From NCBI RefSeq assembly GCF_009914755.1, contig NC_060928.1: a stretch of DNA of 64,000 nt; one strand, given 5' to 3'. The notes below the pieces were generated by a model. It was not told the DNA's origin, did no database searches, and saw only the letters and a program-made list of their open reading frames with translations. Every line of letters starts with the position of its first letter. Within the stretch, counting starts at the first letter, position 1. The stretch is from the human T2T-CHM13v2.0 reference genome, Homo sapiens. Both the position numbers and the translations under genes were made by a program. Positions 33,251-45,299 of the stretch are shown here, one piece after another.

Positions 33251-35177
33251 ATGGAAAGCCATAGTTAGGCAAGTGGGTGTTTTGTTTCTTAAATATTGGG
33301 TGCTTCATTTAAATTATATTTTGGCTGAACCCTGCACCTTTGGCCATTGAGTGTACTGAAGCTTAAAGGACATATGGGACAATGAACCCTCGATTTCTTA
33401 ATTTTTATCAGTAAATTGGAGATAGTAATTTTTTTACAGTGCTGTTGTGTGACTAAATGAATTAATACATATAAGATCCCAAACCGGGCCTGGTGTGTAG
33501 TTACGACTCAGAAAATGTTGTTGATTACTCTTGCTGTTACTCAGGATGATTTTATTTGGTGCATGGACCACGGTATTAAAATTACAATGGATTCGTAGTA
33601 GAAAAGTTATTCCCTTTTTAATTGTCTTTCAGATTATGTCAAAGAGAAAGGCTCAGTGCAGTGGTTAGTAGATATGAAACACTGTTCTAATATTTGCTTA
33701 CCTTCCCTTTTATCAGAGGTAAAATTCCCCAGAGCTCAAAGTTTTGTTTTGAAGCTATCTGTATTGAAGTTATTTATAATAATTATATGTCTTTCTTTTA
33801 AGTAAATTTATTTAAGTTGAAAAAAATGAGCAGAGCAGAAAAAATAATTAAGTACATGGATATTGTAAAAATCATAATAATGGTACATAAGTGGCTGAGA
33901 ATGTCCAACCAACATTCTCCAAACTTCGAAGTTCTCTTCTGGTTTTGAGTTGTCAATGAATGACTGGGGTGACGTTTTCCTTTACTGAAGTGCTTCAATT
34001 CAGTAATTGTTTCGTGAAACCAAGGCTTAGCTTTAAAAAAGAGAATAGCAGAGCTGGCAGAGACAAATGGGGCCTGAAACACAATAGCTGGAACCACAAA
34101 GACCATCCAGGGTGAGCACAGCCCACTGCAAAAGGCTGCAGCTGTCTAACTGCCTACCATTGATACAGTTGATTGCCAGATGTAAATCATGGCTTCTGCC
34201 TTAGGGAAGGCAACTCATCTCACTCACAGTGCCTTACCAACAGCTGGCAGAGACGGAGCAGGCACTCTCCTGCATGGTTCGGCTGCAGAAGCTCTGATTG
34301 CCAATGTTCCTTCTGTTTTCAGAGCAATATCCTTCTGTGGTTGATTACATGGGACTTGGGCATCACTAATGATGATATTACCACCCATGTGGGCCCTGCT
34401 AAAAATGAATTTGAAAGCACATCTCTCTTTCAGAGGCAAAGCCATGTCATTTATCGTGGTATCCCCAGTGTCTCCTATGGGGCTGTGCAGGTTTTTGCCC
34501 CATCAATAGTCAAATGTCAACCCTGTGACTTTAAGTTACCTAACTTCTCTGAAGCGTGGTGACCTTAGGTGCCCAGTGAGTATGGAAGTACTATTTATTG
34601 GGCACATGTGCCATCCACTGGGCTTGGTACTTTACTCTTCTGAGGCTTAGGAAACATACTTTACAGGGCTGCTGGAAAAATTCAATAAGAGAAAATATAA
34701 TTACTCTCTTGAGGTGTTTTGGTGAAGAGATCCAGCACAATTCTCATCACATCTAAAAATGATTAAATAAAAGTAAACTGTAACTACAGGAACCCCAGAG
34801 ATATCAAATGCCAACTTCTAAAGATGTCAACACCACCAAGACAGTAACCCAATAGACCGGTGTGGTTTGTGCCCGCAGAGGGACGCATTTGGCAATTGAG
34901 TGAGCATTATGTTAGACTCTGGAAACTCAGGCATAGATAAGGCTTAAATACCTTCAAAGCTTTTGTGGTGGATGTATTCCTCGAACTTGGTTCCCTCTGG
35001 GTTCTTAGCCCTGTCTGCATATTAGCTTCACCTGGGGGAGCCTTAAAAATTCTGATGCCCAGGTCTCACTTCAGAGCAATTAAAATAGATACTGGGGATA
35101 GTGCTTTAAAATAAGCTTTCCAATTATTTTAGTGTAAAGCCAGGATGATAACCACTGTATTAGAAAATACAGCCTCT

Positions 35178-35500
<323 letters not shown>

Positions 35501-35551
35501 TTATGGATTCTGGATACCTAATTCTGCCGAGAACAGATGGGAGAAGCTGGT

Positions 35552-35620
35552 TTCCTTCCTCTCTTCATCCCTCCCTCCCTGTCTTTCTCCCTTTCTCTCT
35601 CTCTTTCTTTCTTTCTTTCC

Positions 35621-35665
<45 letters not shown>

Positions 35666-35684
35666 TTCCTTCCTTCCTTCCTTC

Positions 35685-35749
<65 letters not shown>

Positions 35750-35841
35750 TTTCTTTTTCTTTCTTTCTTTCTCTCTCTCTCTCTTCCTTCCTTCCTTCCT
35801 TCTCTTGTTTGTTCTTTCTTTTCTTTTCTTCTTCTTTTCCT
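35552..35841 (+). repeat. Compound (TTTC)n/(TTCC)n/(TC)n polypyrimidine STR
   Basis: About 290 nt of nearly pure C/T. Confidence 0.95.
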
Positions 35842-36119
35842 GTGCTGTGACGGATATTATCCTAGGCACTTTACAGGAATGGCATACCTTATCATCATCA
35901 TTTTATCATACGAAGATGGTTATTTTCTTCTTATAAATAAGAAAAGAAAACTCAGAGATGTTAAAGAGCTTTTCTGAAGTCATACTGCCAAAAGTGGCTC
36001 ACCTGGGATCCAAACTCATTGCTACTGGGTCCCAAGATACTGTTCTTTCCAGCATGAGGAAACAGAAAGAAGATAAAATGCTTTTTTCTCCACACTGAAC
36101 AACCTCATCATCTTCAATA

Positions 36120-36442
36120 TTTTATTTTAGTTTATATATTTATTTTTTTGAGACAGTCTCTCTCTGTTGCCCTCTGTCGCCCTCTGTCGCTGGAGTGCAG
36201 TGGTGCAATCTTGGCTCACTGCAACCCTTGCCTCCTAGGTTAAAGCGATTCTCATGTCTCAGTCTCCAGAGTAGCTGGGATTACAGACATACTCCACCCC
36301 ACCCAGCTAGTTTCTGTATTTTTGTAGAGATGGGGTTTCACCATGTTGGCCAGGCTGGTCTTGAACTCCTTGCCACATGTGAGCCGCCTGCCTCGTTCTC
36401 CCAAAGTGTTAGGATTAGAGGCGTAAGCCATTATGCCTAGTC
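36120..36442 (-). mobile_element. AluS with internal slippage (ctctgtYgcc)x3
   Basis: TSD tcaatattttatt. Confidence 0.92.
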
Positions 36443-36979
36443 TCAATATTTTATTAATCCTATTTTCTGTCTTCTTACTTCTCTGAGGTTTGATCAGTCC
36501 TTTACGTATTAGACTATTTGGCCAGGAGTTTTAGGAATGCTGCATTTTACATTTCCAACTCTGATAACACAGCTTCATGGGTTGGATGGTCTGTTATTAT
36601 TGTTGCCTCCCAGTTTCTCACTCTTTGAAAATGGAAATCAAAACAGAGCAAATCTGCTTACTCCTAGTCTGATTAGGTTCCTTTGAAAGCTGCAGAAGGA
36701 AATTTATATTTATCCATCATCTACTATATTTCAGGTACTGTGCCAGGTTATATGGGTACTGAAATGAGTCAGTTCCTCTTCCATCCCTTCCTGGGCTGGA
36801 AGAAACAGACTTGTCAATTTGTTATATTCTATGGGGCAACATAGGTACCAATGGAGAAGGGCCCAAGGTAATAAAAGTGCAATAAGTGTTGGTTAAAAAT
36901 AGGTTGGTTAAAAATAGTGTTGGTTAAAAATAGGTTGGTAAGAAAGTGCAATAATTGTTGGTTAAAAATAGGTACTGTT

Positions 36980-37153
36980 TCCCCTTTGCCTTCTGCCATG
37001 ATTGTAAGTTTCCTGAGGTCTCTCCAGAAGCCGAGCAGATGCCAGAATCATGCTTCCTGTGCAGCCCATGGAATTGTAAGCCAATCAAACCTCTTTTCAT
37101 TATAGCTTACCCAGTCTGAGATATTTCTTTATAGCAATGTGAGAACTAATACA
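36980..37153 (+). mobile_element. MSTB-like LTR, 3' half only
   Basis: gccatgattgtaagtttcctgagg..cagaagccgagcagatgcc...aactaataca. Confidence 0.85.
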
Positions 37154-38037
37154 AACACAGACCATTTGAATCGAGACTTGAGAGCCTCTATTCCTTCCCA
37201 TGCTGCCATGGCAGTTGAAAGGGGGACAGAAAAGGAGGGCATTCCATGGGAGAGACAACAAAGAAGGTGTTTCTTGGAAAACTTATGCTTGTGTGGGGCT
37301 GTAATGGAGGAAATGGTGAAGAGACATTCGCCACAGAAGGAGGAATGACATTTTAGGCTATTTAATGTTCCCCATTAGAATCAGTGATGAATGAGTTTCC
37401 CATAGAAGCTCAAAATGAGCCTATCCTGAGTTTTTGTATCCATGAGAAATGCTTTCTCACTAAATAATGCCTGTGCCCCAAACTGCTGATGCAAGCTTGA
37501 AGAAGGATGAAAAATAAGAGAGCATCCTTCATTCTATGCAGAAACAAGGAGGAAATGCTGATCACTTTTCTGACTTTCAAAATAAGGTAATTTTGGAAAT
37601 TTAAACTCTTTTGGGAAAATGAAATATGCTCACTCGAGTTTGTCACATTCTGTGATTAGCACCAGCTGCCAAATGTCCCACACGTTTGGGAATGAAGAGC
37701 CATCATCAGTACTTAATATCAGAGGGATGGTTTTATAATATTTATTTTTCATAAAGGCAATAATGTTTTTGACAAAAGAGTTTTCAAGCATGGTTATATT
37801 TCTCCAGCCTGGGTGATGGGAAGCTGGGGGCCAATATTGGTCCTGGAATAATCTGAATCCCCTTTCAGTTCTTACATAAAATATGCTGATTCTGTTCTGG
37901 CATTTGACATTTTCTTTATTAACTAATTCAGGCCACAAGTGAGCAATTCTTTCAATAATAACTCATTTTGTTACAGAGAAGCTATATTTCCTGCAAAGAA
38001 TCAAAACACAGGTTTCTAGAATTATTTTCTTCTAGGT

Positions 38038-38392
38038 ATAACTGGTTAGGCTTTTGTGTCCCCACCCAAAGCTCATCTTTAATTGTAATCCCCAGGTGTT
38101 GAGGCAGAGGCCTGGTGGGAGATGATTGGGTCATGGAGCAGTTTCCCCTATGCTGTTCCCATGTTACTGCATGCACTGTCATGAGATCTGATGGTTTTAT
38201 ACAGGGCTCTTCGCCATTTGCTTTGGACACAGGTTCTCTCACCTGCTGCCATGTAAGACATGCTTGCTTCCCCCTCCACCATGATTGTAAGTTTCGTGAG
38301 GCTTCCCCAGCCATGTGAAACTGTGGGTCAATTAAACCTCTTTTCTTTATAAATTACCCAGTCTTGGTTATGTCTTTGAATGGACCAATACA
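38038..38392 (+). mobile_element. THE1 solo LTR (THE1C/D-like)
   Basis: gtgtccccacccaaagctcatc...ccatgattgtaagttt..gaggcttccccagccatgtg...aattaaacctc...ggaccaataca. Confidence 0.9.
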
Positions 38393-38507
38393 CTCCCCAC
38401 CCATTAGGGAGCCTGCTCTGAAAGGTACTTTGTTTGGTTTCCCTTGTGCCCCTCCCCCACACCCACACTCTTGCTGGTCATTTCACCATTGATGATGAAT
38501 CTCTCAC

Positions 38508-38618
38508 CTGGGCATTCTCTGGACTTCTGGAAAGGTGTGTCTCTGAGATAAAGGTGGCCTGCTGCTCTCCGGCTCAGGGGGCAAGGGTTGGTACTTCTTC
38601 GGAAGTGTTATGAGAGGC
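38508..38618 (-). CDS. CLNK: CLNK coding exon (111 nt), proline-rich: PLITLPKKYQPLPPEPESSRPPLSQRHTFPEVQRMP(S)
   Basis: ctccacacag|GCCTCTC...CCCAG|gtgaga; contained in ORF 38504..38689; phase 2 to 2. Confidence 0.96.
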
Positions 38619-38924
38619 CTGTGTGGAGAGTCGCAGTAGGGTCCTGAGAAAGTTTGCTGCAGCAGTGATGCCTCAGGCCCTGAATCCACACTGCTCTGCC
38701 CTCCGTGTCCCCAGCTTTGGGTTGAAAATGCTAGTTTTTGGATGCTAACTGCGGAGCAGACCGATCTGGTCTGGCACTGTTTTCTAAAGGGCGTGACATA
38801 ATTTTCTATGGGGAGTCAATGTGCTCCTCCATAGTGCACCTGTTTTGGCTTTAGGAGGCCTGTGGAGAAAATGATAACAGCCTTCCATTCATCCCAGACT
38901 GGCAGACCTGAGTTTTTAGAACTA

Positions 38925-39246
<322 letters not shown>

Positions 39247-40030
39247 CCCAATAAGAAATATAAAAATGTTTGAAAGTCAGTGAATGTCTCACTCACTCAT
39301 ATGTTATTCACCCATTCACTCATTTATTCATAAGTTTATCAGGTACTTTAGTAGATGCTGGAGATATAGAGAGGAAAAAGATACAGTTTTTGGTTCAAGC
39401 TGCTTCCCTCTAGCAGGGAAGAGAGAGAGATGAAGAAATGATTGCCAGAGAATGTAATGCATACTATGGCAGAGGTGCTCACAGGTCCCAGATAGAGCAA
39501 CAAGAGTGGCCAGTCACTCAGAGCCTCTGCAGCTGTCTGTTGCTCTTTTCTCCATAGAGATGTATAAATGTAATAGTATTTATATTTATATATGTGTCAT
39601 ATATATATGTATATATATATCTCACATGAATATATACTTAATATATTGTTCCCTGAGGGCATATCCCATTTTCATATGAATCTAAGCCTGCCAGAAGTAT
39701 ACGCAGCAATACCATCCAGCAGATTTCTGTACTGAAAGAAAGGAGAGGAACAGAAAGAAACGGGAGGAATACATTCATTGAGAAATGAGTGAAGGTATAT
39801 TGAATAGATAACTGTGAATGAATGAATAAATGATTAAATAGATGAATGAAGGCTTGTTTAATCTTGTTCATTGAACATCTCATATTAGTTTTTTTTTTTT
39901 CCACATCCGTCTCTCACTCTGAAATCATATTAGATTTTCAATGTCAAATGTTTGTGTTTCTCTTTTTCAGATGCTGGCACAAATTATTTCATTGTATAGC
40001 GAAAAAAAATGCTATTTTAAAGTGTTTTAC

Positions 40031-40050
40031 CGAGGAGGTGGTAAAGGAAT
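40031..40050 (-). CDS. CLNK: CLNK microexon (20 nt): IPLPPP(R)
   Basis: ctttttcag|ATTCCTTTACCACCTCCTCG|gtaaaa; phase 0 to 2. Confidence 0.93.
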
Positions 40051-40263
40051 CTGAAAAAGAAAAGAGAAACCTAAATTAAGTTTATTGTTCTGTGAGCAGG
40101 GCCAATGGCTAACAGTTTTTTGGTTTACAAATAGAAATTACAAATTGTGATCAGACTTATAAGACATATTTTTCTAGAGATATCTGAGTTTTTGCATCAT
40201 CTATATCTCTAGGCTTCTAAAGTAAATAATGAATAACAAATGCATTTTATTGATTTCTCTTAC

Positions 40264-40289
40264 CTTGTTCTTTCTTACGGATGCATCTC
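40264..40289 (-). CDS. CLNK: CLNK microexon (26 nt): (G)DASVRKNK
   Basis: atgttttag|GAGATGCATCCGTAAGAAAGAACAAG|gtaaga; phase 1 to 0. Confidence 0.93.
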
Positions 40290-40639
40290 CTAAAACATAA
40301 GAGGGAATAGCAGTGAATTTATGGAAAATGTCATCAAGCATTGATTTTATACACGCTTACATGAAAATCATTTTTATTTGTAATAATATTGGTGATAACG
40401 TCAGTTAATATTTGCTGAGATCATATGAGATACCCAGAATAATGCTAAACTCTTTAGTTACGTGGTCTTATTAAATCCTCACCCTTGTTCGGTTAATGAA
40501 GAAACTGACACACGGGGAAGTTAAATATCTCACCTACACTCACCCAGCGAGTAAATGGTACAATGAAGATTTCATTGCACATCGTGTGACTCTTAAGACC
40601 CCTTTGAAACCACGGATTCCTGTTTACGCTTAATGTGCA

Positions 40640-40667
40640 TGTGTATATGTGTGTGTGTGTGTGTGTA

Positions 40668-40707
<40 letters not shown>
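40640..40707 (+). repeat. Compound (TG)n(TA)n microsatellite
   Basis: Read directly. Confidence 0.92.
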
Positions 40708-42710
40708 CAATTCAATTTCCTGCCTACCACCTTCATGGGGTATTTCCAAGCAGAGGAAAATAGCATCACAGATTTTTCAAAATAGAATAATTTCTGAAGA
40801 CCCCCAGAATCCAACTTCTTTATTTTATGGATGAAAAAAAAAACTAAGGACAAACTAGGTGGGATAATTTCTCAAGGACAATTAACCTTAGAAAAATCCC
40901 AAGTAGAGCCTGGAACAGATTTGTCTGAACTCTAGGTAGTTCTATTTCCATAATTCAACTCAATGTAATTATCGAGCTTCTACTCTGAGCTAAACACAGT
41001 ACCAGGCACTGGGGAAAAAAGACAAATACAATGCGATCCTTCCTGTCAAGGTGCTCCTAGCTGGGGTGTTCACAGGCCAAGCTTCTGGCTCTGGGGATGT
41101 GACACTGTGAAGATGGCTGTCACCGAACATGTTGCCATAGGCTTTATACCTTAGTGGGTAGACCGGCATTGAAGGCATCATGAACAATCTGATAAGGATG
41201 TCAAGTAGAGAAGGACAAAGTATTAAATGAATATGTGGGACACTTAAGTTACTCTGGGTTGTCAGAAGAAGGCTCCTTGGAAAAGCAATGTTTGATTATC
41301 TCTAAAAATGGGCGTGGTGTAATAAATGCTATTTTATATGGCTGTTGGGGAATCAGTGAGAAAATGTCTATCTTTTGTTATAGGAGACTTAAACCTCCAC
41401 TGAACACCGGCTGGGTGGCTTCACACTGAGCATCCTTTGCTTTCCTCATTTGTGAGACAAGGAGGTTGGACTAAATCAGTGATTTTTAACCATGTGCTGA
41501 AGAGCTTCCTGCACTGTCCCCTGGAAGTCCCGTGGTGCCTGGGCGCAGGGGGACTGGTTACTGGTTCACCACCCCATGTCATTAAGGGCTTAATTTCAGC
41601 CCGCTCTCCACTGCACCGCCTGTTTAGATTCCCCCTGGTGAAAGGTCCAACTGGCACAATACAACACAACACAATGCAACACAGCACAAACTGGTCTGTA
41701 TAATTTTAATGGCTCTTCTATGTCTAAAACAATTACTTCAAAGAATAAGAATAAAATTACCATTCTTCCTTTCTGTTTTCATTTTTGAAAAACACTTTTG
41801 AAATAGGTAGGATTCACTTCTTTATATGAATTCCAAACACTGATTGCACACAGAAATAACTGATGTCCTTGGCATTGTGAAAACACAAAATATGACCCAG
41901 GATCTACTTCAACAACAGCAGCAATCTGGTTAACATTAGATCTTTGACTATTTCAAGGAAATCACAAAAAAGCTTAGGCCACATAATGCTTGCTTAAGGG
42001 ACAAAATTATAAAACATAAAATTAATTTCCTTTCATCTTATTGTTTATTGGCTTCACCTCCAGAGCTCCCTGGTGGACCATCTTGCTGCCTGTGTTGATG
42101 ACTTTCCCTGCAAAACTAGATGTTGGCTTTCCAAGAGGTCTTTTTTCACTCTATCTATTGGGGATCAATTCAATTCACTGGAAAAAGAATTCAATAAAGA
42201 GACTGAGTTCCTGTAATTTAATAGGAAAATTCCCTTTATGGTTTTCAAGATATCTACCCAGTTTTCTTCAGGGGTTGTGAGTTTAGAATAGGACATCTAT
42301 CTTCTTTTATTTCATTGATTTATTATTGAGCACATAGTATGTGTTAGGTATGGACTCATTTTTAATATATGCATTGATGTAGGTGTTGGGGGGTATAACA
42401 CCAACAAATAAAGTTGCTATTCCCATGAAGCTTACATTCAGTGGCAGGAGTTAGGAGATACATAAACAAAAGTATAAATAAACGTTCATGGGTGATGACA
42501 AGCACTATGCAGAAAATAAAGCAGATTGGAGGACAGCACGGTGCGGAGAGTAGGAGCTGGGGCTACTGTGTTTTAGGCTGGTCTGAGGAGGCATCTGTGG
42601 TTAGGGGATGAAATCAGAGGCCTGAGGACAGCGAGGGAGCATGTCCTGTGGATATCTTGGGAAGGGGATTCCTGACAGAGGAAACAGCAAGGGCAAAAGT
42701 CCTCAGGTGG

Positions 42711-45180
42711 TGTCAGTTCATTTTTCTGTTGCTTAAAACAGAATACTTGAAATTAGGTGATTTTCTAGAAATTAAGTAAGTCCAGGAACAAAGAGGGGCA
42801 TGTGGTGAGAGCCTTCTTGCGGGTGGTGACTCTGAGGTGTACTAAGACGGTGCAGGACAGCACATGGCGAGGAGGCTGACTGTGCTAATGTGCTAGCTCA
42901 GGTCCCTCTTCCTTTCCTCATAAAGCCACCGGTTTTCCTTCCATCAGAACTCAATAACCCATTAATTCATTAATCTGTGAATGGATTGATCTATTTATGA
43001 GGACAGAGTCCTCATCATACAATCACCTCTTAAAGGTCTCACCTCTCAATACTGCCACACTGGGGATGAAGTTTCAGCATGAGTTTTGGAGGGGACATTC
43101 AAACCAGCATTCCACCCCTGGTTCACCGAAATGCATGTCCTCACATACAAATATATTCATTCTTCCTTGTAGCCCCAAATTCTTAACTCATTCCACTACC
43201 AACTCAAAAGTCCAAAGTTCAGAGTCTCCTCTGTGAGCCTGTGAAATCAAAACAAATTATCTACTTCCAAGATGCAATTGTGGGGCAAGCATAAGGTACA
43301 CATTCCTATTCTAAAAGGGAGAAAGAGGCAAGAAGAAAGGGATAACAGGCCCCACCCAAGACTGAAACCCAAGAAAGAAGAATTTGGGTCCTAAGGTTCC
43401 AGAATAATTTTTTTTTGATTCCACGTCTGGCATTCTGTGCACACTGGAGCAAGAGTTAGGGCCTCCAAGGCCTCGGGACACCCCACCCCTATAGCTTGGT
43501 TGTGCTTAGTCCACCCAGCTCTCCCAGGTTGGCAATGCACACCAGTAGCTGTACAGCTCAAGGGTCTTGGTGGCAGGCTCACTCCCATTACCATAGTGGG
43601 GATTTTCTGCAGTGGCCTTGCTCCTATGGCTCCATTAGGCATTGCCCTGGTGGGGACTCCATTAGCTTCAACACCACATATCTGCTTTGTATAGCTTTAG
43701 TGGGGGCTTTTTGCATGTCTCCACTCCCGTGACAAGTCTCTGATTGGGTCCTCAGGCCTTTGACGTCTTTTGAAATCTGGTTGGAGGTTGCTGAGCCTCC
43801 ACAGCTCTTGCTTTCTGCAAGCCTGCAGAATTATCACCACACAGATACTGCCAAGGTTTAAAACTTGTACCTTGCAGAGCTTCAGTACAAGGGCCTCAAC
43901 TGGGGTTGCTTGAGCCGGGCAGCCATGAAGTGCTGTGCTGCAGTGTAGGAAGCAGAGTCCCAGGGTAGCTGTGGGCAGTGAGCTGGTAGACAGCGCCCCA
44001 GTCCTATCCCCTGAAACCTTTCTTCCATCCTAGAACTCTAGGCCTGTGATAAGAGGGCAGCCTCAAGATCTGTGAAACACCTTTGGGGTCCTTCCTCCAT
44101 TGTCTTGAGGGATAGCATCTAGCCCACTTCTATCCCTGTTAATCTCTTTAGCAAATGGTCACTGGGATATACCCTTGGTTTTCTCCTCTGAAGACTTTTT
44201 CTCTATGTGGCCAGGCTGAGTTTTCCAAATTTATCCACTCTACTTCTCTTTTAATTAAAAATTCTGTAAATTATTTCTCTGCTCTGAAATATCAATGTAA
44301 GTTGCCAAAATAACCCTGCAGCTCCTTCTATATTTTGCTTAGAATTTTCTTCTGCTAGATATCCTAGTTTATCACTCTCAAGTTTGGCCTTCCTCAAAAC
44401 CCTCAGGCATAGAGACAATTCATTCAAGTTCTTTGCCAATTTATAACAAGAATGGTCTTTATTCCAGTTTTCAATATCTTGCTCCTCAGTTCTACCTCAA
44501 ACCTCATCAGAATGGCCTTTACTGTCTATATTTCTATCAGCATTCTTGTCACAACCACCTATCTAATCACTAAGAAGTTCCAAACTTTACTTAGCCTTCT
44601 TGTCTTCTAAGCTTTCGCCAGAATTTAAACATTTTCTATCCTGCTCCTACAAATTCTTCTACTTTTGCCCATTACTCAGTTCCAAAGCTGCTTTCCACAT
44701 TTTCAGGTATTCATTATCAGCAACACTCCACTTCTTGACACCAATTTTCTGTGTTAGTCTGTTTTTTTTTGTTGCTTAAGACAGAATAATGGAAACTAGG
44801 TGATGATTTATATGCAAAAGGAATTTATTTCTTTCAGTTGTGGAGGCTAAGAAAACCAAGGTTTAGGGGATGCATCTGGTGAGAGCCTTCTTGCTGAAGG
44901 GGACTTACTGCAGAGTCCTGAGGCAGTGCAGGGGATCAGACGGTAAGGCGACTGAGTATGCTGGCTCAGGTGTCTTTTCTTATAAAGCCACCAGTTCCCC
45001 TTCCATGACAATCCATTCATCTATTAACCCATTAACCCATTAATCCATTAATGGACTAATTCATCCATGAGGGCAGAGCACTCATGATCCAATTACCCCT
45101 TTATGCCTCACCTGTCAATACTGCTATATTGGGGACAAAGTTTCAACATGAGATTTGGAAGGGACACTTGAATTATAGCA
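42711..45180 (-). mobile_element. Two-LTR MaLR element (MSTC/MSTD-like) with internal region
   Basis: LTRs at ~42711-43110 and ~44750-45180 share ggtgagagccttcttgc, ataaagccacc and ctcaatactg; internal gcctgtgaaatcaaaacaa.ttatctacttccaagat; 5-bp TSD ggtgg (42706 and 45181); inserted in an L2. Confidence 0.9.
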
Positions 45181-45299
45181 GGTGGGATGAGCACGAGGAG
45201 GAGGTAAGCCCAGATAGGTGATGGCAGAGGTGGGAGAGTGCCCAGATCACATGGGGTCTTGTACAATGGCGCAAAAACTTTGCCTTAACTGTGGTGAAT

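Noticed and set aside
36888-36971. Short direct repeats with intervening sequence, superficially CRISPR-like (also 49590-49665)
   Set aside because: Eukaryotic intron, irregular or absent spacers, no cas genes; these are slippage repeats.
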